DNA of 64,000 nt, from the NCBI GenBank assembly GCA_025594325.1, contig JANHCV010000016.1, forward strand, positions 124,001 through 188,000, read 5' to 3'. Origin of the DNA: Blastocladiella emersonii ATCC 22665. Lineage: Eukaryota; Fungi; Blastocladiomycota. The notes under the pieces are model-generated. The model was not told the DNA's origin and ran no database searches. It saw only the letters and a program-made list of their open reading frames with translations. Position numbers and translations under genes: made by a program. This document shows, piece after piece, positions 52,582 to 64,000 of the stretch. How positions within the stretch are numbered: position 1 is the first letter of the stretch; each line of letters begins with the position of its first letter.

Positions 52582-53448
52582 TCACGCTGTCTCGTCGTTG
52601 ACCTCGATGTAACGCCGTTTGCCGTAACGGCGCTTGGCGACCGCGGCGATCACCGTAACGAGGGCCAGGACGGCCACTGCGCCAGCAACGACGGTCGTGA
52701 TTTCAAGAGCCAAAATTGAGCCCTTGGTCGCGCCGATCGTCTCAGTCGCGACAGCACCAGCAGTCGGCATTGTGCGAGTACTGGTCGAAGTAACGGGATC
52801 GGAGGCGTCATCGCCGGCGTCGCCCTTCTCAGCATCAAATTCTACGCCGGGGACGAGCTGCGAGCCCTTGTTCCGCTCCGGAAGGATAGGCTGGGTGGTC
52901 GGCTGGGTGGCGATGGATGCCGGCAAGGCCCGGTTTGTGGACGTGGCGGAGGGCGGCCCCTGGGACGTTGCGGACGCAGGAGTTTGAGGTACACTCGTGG
53001 AAGCGGGCGCCTTGACTCCGAAAATGCGGATCGACACGATAACACTCGCGAGCGACCAGGCCTGGATGCGGTTGATTCGGTTCGACAAAGACATGTCCCA
53101 CACCTGCTGCCTTGAGCTACGGATCCCAGCGAGGACGCCGCCAGCGTAGATGGCCGAGATGGACGTGCTGTCGTAGACGACGCCGAACTCGTAGTTTTGC
53201 AGCTTGCCCTCGTACGTCTTGCCGCGCGGGTTGTTGGGGAAGAACTGGCGCGGCGTGTCGGTGCCGCATCGCATCCACAGATCGGCGACCTGCGCGCTGC
53301 CATCGCCGGGCGTGTCGACAACGTAGAACTGCGTCATGTGCTTGCCGTTTATGCAGTACCACGACTTGAACTCGGGTTTCGTGGCGCTGCTGGAGACGTT
53401 CATGCCAAGCGTCGACGAGTCGAACGTGTAAGCTGGAACGTTGCTCAT
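52582..53448 (-). CDS. Single-pass membrane protein: beta-rich ectodomain, S/T/P stalk, TM helix, basic cytosolic tail
   Basis: 288-aa ORF; TM ITTVVAGAVAVLALVTVIAAVA followed by KRRYGKRR. Confidence 0.65.
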   Translation of the reverse strand: MSNVPAYTFDSSTLGMNVSSSATKPEFKSWYCINGKHMTQFYVVDTPGDGSAQVADLWMRCGTDTPRQFFPNNPRGKTYEGKLQNYEFGVVYDSTSISAIYAGGVLAGIRSSRQQVWDMSLSNRINRIQAWSLASVIVSIRIFGVKAPASTSVPQTPASATSQGPPSATSTNRALPASIATQPTTQPILPERNKGSQLVPGVEFDAEKGDAGDDASDPVTSTSTRTMPTAGAVATETIGATKGSILALEITTVVAGAVAVLALVTVIAAVAKRRYGKRRYIEVNDETA

Positions 53449-54123
53449 GTTGACGATTGCATTAGATACAGATGGACATGCAAGGGGAGATCGTAAGCAG
53501 GCCGCGAAGGCGTGCTGATTTGTGGCCAGGCTTTCGGACTAGTTGGGTCCACCGCAATCCATTCGTTAGCACCGCAAAGCTGTCATAAGCACCGCAAGCA
53601 CCGCATCAGAACACTGCAGCGGGTTGCCATCGGGCGAGGCGCTTCACATCGCCCGGCTAAGCGACGCGTCGCATTTTCCAGCGCGCGACGCTTCAGCTTC
53701 CGAATCTCGTTGGTCAAACAGTATTGTCAAACGAATTGACTGGCAGCGTCACCAAATGATGGCAACGGCGGTGGCGGCGCAGGCACGAGGTGACCTGCCG
53801 CGAGACATGTTGCGAGACATGCAGCGAGACGCGTCGCGATATCACGTGGGACCACGCCGTGATCGCCGGCGGTTTCACTTTTCTGGCCTCATCCCTTGTT
53901 GGCCCGGACCTCGCGCGTCGCGTCGTCGTCAATACCATGAGCGATGATGCGTTGCTAGTAGGCCATCACGCTAGGCATCACGTCGAGTGGACCCGCGGCT
54001 ACACGTGGCGCTGAAACCGCGGAAACGGCCCCCGCTCGAAGCTGTCTCAGATCTCGCCGCCCCCACAAAGGAGCAGCTCCGACCACTCTCTCCCTCTCTC
54101 CCCTCACACGCATCGCATCAACC

Positions 54124-54998
54124 ATGTATCGCAACCAGTACCAGCCCGTGCAACTGCCCGAGCCGGCCACCGCCGCGGCCGAGCCGGTGATCGCGAGCCG
54201 CGCCTTCACGCTGCACGACGTGCAGTCCGTCCTCGAGCAGGAGGCGGCCATCTTCCCGCTGGCCTCGCCGCTGCCGGCGGCGACGGTGCACCGGTGGGTC
54301 TCGCAGCCGCAGCACGCGCAGTTCAGCCGCGTGTACCAGTCGGGCGATGGGCGCGTGGTCGGCAACCTCGTGGCGGTGTGTCTCAAGCCGGCGGCGTGGC
54401 ACGCCCTACGGCGCGGCGAGCTGGCCGAGGGCGACCTGCTCGCGGACCAGCTGTGGGACGCGGCGGCGGGGGACGGTGACGAGCTCGCGATCCACGTGTA
54501 TCACGTCGAAAGCACGGACCGCGCGGCGTGGCGCGCCGCCGGCGAGACGGTGCGCGACCGCGCTCTGCGCGATCTCGGCGACGCGGTCACGGCGGCGCGC
54601 GCCAACGGGCGGCCGGGCCTGCGCGTCGTTGGCATGTCGGGTACGCTCTTTCGTGACGGGCGCGCGAGTGATCGAGCCGTGTGGTCTCACCCGTTCCCAA
54701 ACTGCGTGTAGCGCTGGCCGTGTCGCAGTCGGGGATCCAGCTGTGCGCCAACATGTGGAACATGTACGAGGCGGGCGACGCGCCGCGGTCGAGCGACTAC
54801 GTGGTGACGGGGGCCGACGGGCGCGTGCTCGCGCTGCGGACCATCGCGACGCAGGCCGAGATGGCCGCGGTCCTCGCCGACCCGCGCGTGTGCGGGCGCG
54901 TGCCGCTGCGCACGCGCATGCTGACGCTGCTGCCGTCCGACCCGAGCATCGTGTGGACGCACGTCGCTGCGCGCCCGCGCCTGTGTGCGCGGCTCTGA
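54124..54998 (+). CDS. Hypothetical protein, possible GNAT-like fold; intron 54641-54711
   Basis: Two ORFs joined in frame by a GTACGC...TAG intron; fold guess from alternating beta/alpha pattern only. Confidence 0.6.
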
Positions 54999-55130
54999 AG
55001 CGATTGTCAGGGAAGATATCTCGCTAGCTGGGATTAATTCAAACTCGTTCTGTTGCATCGATCAATCACGGCCGATCATGGGTGGAGGATATGTACAGGA
55101 TGGAGATGAGGGGGAACACGTCGCCGAACT

Positions 55131-55448
55131 TCACTTGCGCGCGGCCGACGGGTCGTCGCCGAGCAGGTGGGCCGAGTCGGCCTGGCCCGACCCCGACCCC
55201 GACTTGGCCTTGGCCAGGTTCTCGCCCGACGACTGCTTCTCGGCCTGCTGCTGCTTGCGCAGCGACGACTTGGTCGCGGGCTGGTCGGCGACGCGCACGC
55301 TGTCCGTCGTGTGGTGCGTCAGCTGCTCGAGCTCGTCGTGCGACAGCGAGTACGGGTGGCGGTGCGACTGGAACTCCTCGGGCAGCTGCGGCGCCTCCGG
55401 GTCCGGGCCCGTGCCCTGGTTCGACTGGCGGATCTGCTCCGACGACAT
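55131..55448 (-). CDS. Small hydrophilic hypothetical protein (105 aa)
   Basis: ATG at 55448; host-like codon usage. Confidence 0.5.
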   Translation of the reverse strand: MSSEQIRQSNQGTGPDPEAPQLPEEFQSHRHPYSLSHDELEQLTHHTTDSVRVADQPATKSSLRKQQQAEKQSSGENLAKAKSGSGSGQADSAHLLGDDPSAARK

Positions 55449-56165
55449 GGTGGTGATGGTGGTGATGGGTTGGGCTACGTAGTGCGCGGAGAAGCCGTGA
55501 GCGATCGCGGCCGTGATGAGGGCGAGCGTGACGAGGGCGTGCGAGTCGAGGGAGGAGAGGGTGGGGCGGGCGGTGGCCGCAAGAAGGCGAGCGACCGTAC
55601 GTGGTGTTGATGCCGACGAGGGCGCGGGTGCCTCGGTGATAGCGTTGATTCGTAGCGACTCAGGGATCCTTCGGGGGAAGAGCGAGCGGGGCGCGCGGGG
55701 GCCTCGCCAGCTTTTGAGGTCGCCGACCAGCCGGCCATGCGTGTGCGTGGGAGCGGGCGAAGATGGGGCCGCCGCGGTCAACGAGCTGCGCAGCGCTCGC
55801 GTGGCTCGCCGTTGCCACGGCCGCGCGTGCCCGGCCGACGCGACGCGACGCGTTGGGCGCAACGCGTTCCGCCGCCCAACGCGGAGATCGGCGCGTGCTG
55901 TCTCGCGTCTCTCGCCAGGGGGGCTAAGTGCTCCCGTAGCTGATCGTCCGTTATCTCCACGTGCGGTGAGTCGCGACAAGATCAGGCGGGTGGCTGGGGC
56001 CTGCCACACCCGTCACGGCTGCTCGGCACGCTCACGTTGGCTGCGGGCAGATAGCATCGCATCTCTTCATCGCGGCGCGCGCCCTTTTTATCTACGGCCC
56101 GGCCCCGCTCTTCCTCCTCTCCGCTCCCCTTCACTTCCCACAACGGCCCTGATCCGCTCTGTACC

Positions 56166-57329
56166 ATGTCATCAGCACTCGCCACCATCGCGGACCCCGC
56201 GCTCGCCGCCGTCCCACTCCACGCCGTGCTGCCCACGGCCACGGCCACGGCGACCGCGTCCGCCAAGCTCGTCTACGCGCACGCGCACCCGCACCCGCAC
56301 GCCGTGGGCGGGACCGAGGTCGCCGCCGTTGTCGCGCCGGCCGACGACCCGCTCCACGTCGTGTTCGTTGGCGGCACCGTGGCCGGGATCGCGCAGGTCC
56401 TGGTCGGCCACCCCTTCGACAGCGTCAAGGTCATGGTCCAGACCCAGTCCGCGGCCGCCACCGCGTCGCCGCTGCAGGTGCTCCGCCGCACCGTGGCCGC
56501 CGAGGGCGTCCGCGGCCTGTTCAAGGGCGTCACGAGTCCCATGTCCGGCGTCGGGTTCTGGTACGGCAATGGCCGTGTCTCTTCCGCGGACGACGCACTG
56601 ACCCGCCCCGCGATCGCACCTCGTAGCAACGCGGTCCTGTTCACGACCCAGGCCACCTTCAACTCGGCCATCGCGCCCGACTCGACGTCGCCCGCCAAGT
56701 ACGCCGCGACCGGCGCACTTTCGGGCCTGGCCATCTCGCTGCTCGCGTGCCCCATGGAGCTGCTCAAGGTCCGCGTCCAAGCCCAGGCCACGTCGGGTGC
56801 CGGGAAACATTACGCGGGCGTCTGGGACTGCCTCGTCAAGACGGTGCGCGCCGAGGGCGTCCAGCGCGGCCTGTATCGCGGGTGGACCATCACGGCGCTC
56901 CGCGATGTGCCCTCCTTTGCCGCCTACTTTGGTACGCCCGCCATCGCTCGTTGCCTCTCGTCGCCATGGTGATGCTGACCGCGAACCGTTCACCGTGTAG
57001 CGACCTACGAGATCCTGCGGCAACACGACGTTGCCCCGTTCCTCGCGGGCGGCCTGGCCGGCATCGCGTGCTGGCTGCCGTGCTACCCGCAGGACGTGCT
57101 CAAGTCGCGCGTGCAGAGCACCGCCGCGCTCGGCCGCGGCCCGCTGCCCGCACACCTGCGACCGTGGACCATGGCCGCCGCCTACGTCCGCGCCAACGTC
57201 GCGCGCGCTCTCTGGCGCGGCCTCTCGCCCACGCTGCTCCGCGCGTTCCCCGCCAACGCCGCCACGTTCGCCGTGTACGAGGTGTACCGCGCGCAGTTTG
57301 GTGGGAATGGGTCAACTATTGATGAGTAA
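56166..57329 (+). CDS. Mitochondrial carrier (carnitine/basic amino acid carrier-like); introns 56561-56626 and 56932-57000
   Basis: Three Px[DE]xx[KR] motifs: PFDSVK, PMELLK, PQDVLK; LYRGW...RDVPSF; LLRAFPANAATF. Confidence 0.9.
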
Positions 57330-57352
57330 TAGAACTAGAATACCTGCTTCGC

Positions 57353-59192
<1,840 letters not shown>

Positions 59193-59357
59193 GGTTCGTG
59201 GTTCCGTCTATGGCGAGTGATACATGGAGGGCCGGCTGCGGGAGAGAGAGGGGAAGTGAAGCGCGTCGTCGCGCAAGAAGTCAACACGGCGAGCAAATCC
59301 ACACGTGAAGCTCGGCCGCTGCAGGTCGCCGCTCCCCTACGAACCTACGATTCTGCA

Positions 59358-60079
59358 ATGGAAGCGAACTGGCCGACCCATCAACCACCCGCAACCGCGC
59401 CCGCGGAAGAAGAGGAGCTCATGGACCTCGACTCCGAGTCGGAACTGCCCGTCGGTCCCGATGCCGCTGCGGACGGGGAGCAGCAGCAGCCCGCCTACGA
59501 GGGCGAGTACGAGTACGAGTACGAGTACGAGCACGAGCAGCAACAACCGCAGCAGCAGCAGGATGAGTGGGAAGAAGAGGTCCGGCTGTCCCGCCCCACA
59601 TCACGCAGCGAGCCCATCCGTACTAATCGACGTCGTCGCCGGGAGAACAGGAAGCCTACCACCTCTACGACTTTGGCAAGCAGCTGACGCTGCCCGAGCT
59701 CCAGGCGGCCGACTTCCAGTGCAAGATCCTCGGTCTCGACCGCGACACGCATTTCGTGCAGATCGGCGGGTCCGTGTTCCGCGGCAAGTCCATCGACTCG
59801 CTGGGCAACGACCTCGTGTTCCTCAAGACGCCGCCCGAGCGCGAAGTCGGCCCCGAGTATGACCACAACCACCCGGGCCGGTACCCGAACCTCCGCCTCG
59901 ACCACGTCATGGACTGCCGCTTCCGCATGGAGCCCATCCGGCTCGAGCCCAAGCGCGGCGCGACCGCGGCGCAGTCCAAGCCGGCGGCGGCGCCACCAAC
60001 ACCCGGTAACGGTACGGCGGCGACCAACGGCGGCGGTGCCGCTTCTCCGCGCCCGGCAACCGCGCCATCTCAGAGCTAG
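59358..60079 (+). CDS. TFIIIC subunit 6 (GTF3C6/tau55)-like protein; intron 59580-59650
   Basis: Acidic N-terminus, then KILGLDRDTHFVQIGGSVFRGKSIDSLGNDLVF (TFIIIC_sub6-like). Confidence 0.7.
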
Positions 60080-60111
60080 TGTAGCATTGGTGATACATTT
60101 CGGATTGCATT

Positions 60112-62639
60112 TCACGTCATGAGCAGCTCCTTGCGCTGCCGCTCCAGCAGCAGCTCGAGCTGGCCGTTGCGCACGTGCAGCTCCTCGATCTGCGCGCGGA
60201 GGTCGGCGAGCGCCTGCTCCTTAACCGCGACCGTCTTCTTGACGCGGTCCTCGATCATACCGAGCGTGGTCGCCTTCTCCTGCTGCACCGCCGCGACCCT
60301 GGCCTCGGCGTCGCGCCGCTGGCCCGCGAGCTGCGCCTGGACGCGGTCGAGCTCGTTGCGCAGGCTCGCAATCAGCTGGTCGCGGTGGCGCATCTCGTCG
60401 CGCACCGCGGCCTCGACCGACTTGCGCACCTCGTCCTCGCCCGCGCGGAACCGGTCGAGGTCGCGGCGCAGGTCCGCCATGGTCTTGTCCTTGACCTCGG
60501 CCGCGTTGCGCAGCGACCAGATCTCGCGCTCGAGCTCGCGTTTCGCCGCCTCGGCCGCCTCGTTCTGCCGGCCCACCGTCACCAGCTTGTCCATGGCGAC
60601 CGACCACTGCTCCTGGACCCCGCGCAGCTCGTCGGCGTGCGTCGCGCGCAGCTGCTCGATCTCGGCCCGGTGCCGCGCCGCGACCTCGGACGCGGACGTG
60701 CCCGACTCGGCCTCGACGCGGGCAATGATCTTCTCGATCTCGCGGTCGCGCTCGCGCAGCAGCGCGTCCTTGAACGCGCGCTCGCGCTCGCGCAGGTCCG
60801 CCTCGACGCGCCCCGCGTAGCTCGCCTGCCACGCCTCGCGCTCGACGCGCATCCGCTCCGTCGCCGTCGCGAGCTCGTGCGCGTGCCGCCGGCGCAGCTC
60901 GTCGGCCGCCGCGGCCGCGCGGTCCTTCTCCTCCTCGATCGCCGCGCGCAGCTCGTCGACCGCCTTGCGGTGCGCCGCGTCCGCGGCCTTGCGCTCGTCG
61001 CGGAACTGCGCCTGCAGCGTGTCGCGGACCTCGGCGAGCTCGGCCGCCCACTTGCGCTTCTGCTGCTGGAACTCGAGCTCGTCGCGCTCGAGCTGTTTCG
61101 CGTACCGGGCGCGCGCGGCCTCGCGCTCCTCATCGCACGCGCGCGCGCGCTCGCCCGCCCACGTCTCGCGCATCGCGGCCACCTGCTGCTCGTGCGTGCG
61201 CGCCCAGGCCGCGCGCTCCGCGGCCACGGCCTCGCGGTGGCGGTCCTCGGCGAGCGCCATGGCCGCCTTGTGCTGCGCGAGCATCCGCTGGATCTCGGGC
61301 TCGAGGCCCTTGACCGTCTGCTCCTTGATCTTGGCCGCCTGCGCCGACATCCACCGGTCGCGCTTCACCTTCTCGGCCGCCTCCCACACGCTGCGCGCCT
61401 GCTTGAGGTCGCGCTCGTGTGCCGCCGACACCGCGGCCAGTTTCGCCTTGACGCCCGCCTCGAGCTGCTGGACTTGAGCGGCCAGCGCCGAACACCGCTG
61501 TGCGACCGCCTCCTTCTCCGTCTGCGTCTTGTCGATGAACGCCAGGTGCCGCTTGATCGCCGCCTCGTACTCGCGCCGCTGCAGCGCCAGCTGGCTCTTG
61601 GTCGTCCGCGCGTGCTCGTCGGCGGCGGCTGTCGCCGCGGCACGCGTCTGCTGCAGCTGCTGCTTGAGCGCCGAGATCGAGCGCGACTTGTCCTCGACCT
61701 CGAGCTCGAGCGCGATCAGGCGAGATTTGACGGCGTCGAAGATGGGCGGAGCCATCGCCGGCGGCGCACCGGAACTTGAGGGCGAGGCGCCTGAGGTGGA
61801 GGGCGACGCCAGGTCGACGACGTTGAGGTAGTCGAGGATCCGCTCGATTCGCTGGTCGTGCGCGTCGCTGCGAGGAACGGCGGGTTCAGGGTCCGGCACG
61901 TACGGCGCGGTCTCGAGGTGGACTGGAGAGCGTCGTTGGGGCGGCGGGGACGGGTGGTAGTGGTAATCGGAACGAGGGGCGACGGGAGCGAGATCAGGGA
62001 CCGGCGACGGGATGTAGCGAGCGTGAGCCGGGTCCGAGAGCGAGACGGCGGCCGGCTCCGGTGCCGCGGACAGGGCAGGGTCAGCGTCGGCGACGTAGTC
62101 CTCGCTGATCTGACACGTTCCGCTGTCCGACCGCGGTAGAGCTGCAGGGGCGAGTGGCTCCGGTTTCACCGGCGAGCCGGCGTGCGTCTCGGGCGCGGGC
62201 GTCATGCACGACGACGGCGGGACCGTGGTCACGGCCTCGCTCGCGTCATCGGCCTCGGCGTCCAGGTCGATGGTGAGCGAAGCGGGCAGTGACGGGGGAA
62301 GCGGTTCGCTCGGTGGTGCAGATGACGACGTGTTGTTGGACGCTCGCGATGCGGTGCGTTTCGAGAGTTTGTCCATGGCGGCCTACACAACGAACGGACG
62401 CGGTCAGTCGTCCGACGCACAGAGGGGGAACGGGCGATGTTGCTTACCTGACGAGCGGCTTCGGCTTTCTCGAGCCTCCGCTTCCGCTGTTCGGCCATCG
62501 TCTCGACGGGCGGCGCCGCCGACTTGGCGGGCGCCTTGGTCGCAAGCGGCGCCGCCGTGACCGTCGGGATGCGCGACTTCATGACCGATGGCCGCGGCCT
62601 CGTTGACGTGGTCTTTTGTGGTGGTACAGAGGATTTCAT
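60112..62639 (-). CDS. CEP131: Centrosomal protein CEP131 (AZI1)-like; exons 62448-62639 and 60112-62382
   Basis: YEAAIKRHLAFID and KIKEQTVKGLEPEIQRML segments plus long coiled coil; GTAAGC...TAG intron 62383-62447. Confidence 0.85.
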
Positions 62640-63060
62640 CGTCTATTCTGCGTACAGCTGCATGGCTCTCTATGCTAATGCTGAGCTCAGAGAGAGAGGA
62701 AGGCCAGACTCGAGTTGACGCGCGAGGCGGAGACAGTCGCGACGCGTCGGCGCAAAGTGTCTCGCACCCAGCACGTGTTCCACGCGTTGCTGTCTCCCCT
62801 CTATGCCAATCCTCGCACGCGTTTTCTGCGAAACGCGTTCGCTTCCCGGGCAGCTCGGAGTGAAGCGAACGGTCTAATGCTCGTCGGCGAACATTGTCCG
62901 ACCATGGGCCACGATGGCCACGGCCATGACCATGGCCGATGCCGACTCTCCGCGAGAATCGTGCAACATCGGACATCCCAATCGGGCTCCACGCAGTGCT
63001 CGGCCACAAGCTAGGTACGCGTTCTTGGAATGGCAAGCCTCCGGGATCGCCCACTTATTC

Positions 63061-63760
63061 ATGCACGCAACTAGGGTGAACTTAATGGGCCACCCGACGA
63101 CGCGCGTGTACGAGCGCGCGCGCCAGGACGAGCATGTCCACGGCCCGCGCTGCCTGCGTTGGCTGCTGAGCTGGGCCGAGGATCACCGCCTGTCCTCGTC
63201 GCTGACCATGCCCTGTATCAATGCGGTTGACCCGACCCAGACCGTGGCTGACCTTTTGGCCTTGGCGCCGGACATGGCTCAGGATCTGGACAAGATCATG
63301 CAATGGACCCGCCGCTCCTTGGATCAGTCCAAGGACAGCCTCGAGCCCATCTTGTCCGCCATCAAGTCGGCCCAAGCAACCTTGGGGACGACGCAAGGTC
63401 CGCCTTTCACCAATCGTGACAGATGTGTCGCGGCATTTACGCGCTTCGATTTTCATGCGACGAGCTTCAGCGCTCTGCTCAACTTTGCAGTGTGTTCTGC
63501 GAGGCTCGAAGTGGTGGTGCGCCCTCTCAGCGGGATCGTGCTGACCACCCCGATGAAGCACATCCTGGACCTGTGCAACGCGGCGGTGGCTTCCCATACA
63601 GACGTAGTATTGGTCAAGGACAAGATCGGCACTATTTGTCCTCGGCTGGTCGAACCTGGCCTTGGGCTCGCTGCCGCGACTCCTTGATTCGGCCGCACTG
63701 ACGTGTTGGATCGGCTGGTCACGGCGATGTTCGAGATCCGCTGAATACACGTGTAATTGG
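63061..63760 (+). pseudogene. Possible decayed ORF remnant
   Basis: Lower GC; ORF ends at TGA followed by FGRTDVLDRL, then several stops. Confidence 0.3.
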
Positions 63761-64000
63761 TCTTTCGGACTATTCATGGATACTAGCCGTCTTGTTAAAC
63801 TATTATCTATCTTCACGAGCTGGGTGCAGGAGCAGTTTACCTCAGGCGCCGTCGAATCCGAGTCCGATCACGCTGGCCATCACGATGGCCACGGTCGAAC
63901 CGCGGTGTGAAACTCAGCCGCCGAGCGTGGCCTGCTTTACGGATAAGCTCGAAAATGTGTAATTGACGATGTTTGAGCATCAAACCATGACCCAGTGAGA

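Overview
GC-rich, intron-containing eukaryotic genomic DNA. A CEP131 centriolar gene alongside fungal-type URA3, CAT2, NOP4 and COQ4 points to a zoosporic fungus, possibly Blastocladiomycota (inference). The left half is rearranged. An apparently identical inverted duplication has arms 1-8061 and 17399-25459 (coordinates sum to 25460). Each arm carries part of a Ty1/copia element, a ferric-reductase-like gene and a coiled-coil membrane protein gene. The arms flank a 9.3 kb single-copy spacer (SAYSD1-like, carnitine acetyltransferase, NOP4, a low-complexity protein). The copia element is complete at 22331-28573: 255-bp LTRs, 5-bp TSD, Ty5-type half-tRNA PBS, and catalytic Asp codons destroyed by CpG transitions. 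A third copy of the coiled-coil gene (30.9-32.6 kb) looks gene-converted. The right half is mostly housekeeping genes plus a tandem array of LURP-one/Tubby-C-like genes, six of which begin MGNxxS (N-myristoylation consensus). The most striking unannotated signal is a 23-bp bipartite motif, GAGACGCGT-N7-TCAYGTG, with fixed spacing. It occurs 11 times between genes, and one copy sits exactly on the duplication breakpoint. All coordinates were read by eye, and no database searches were run.
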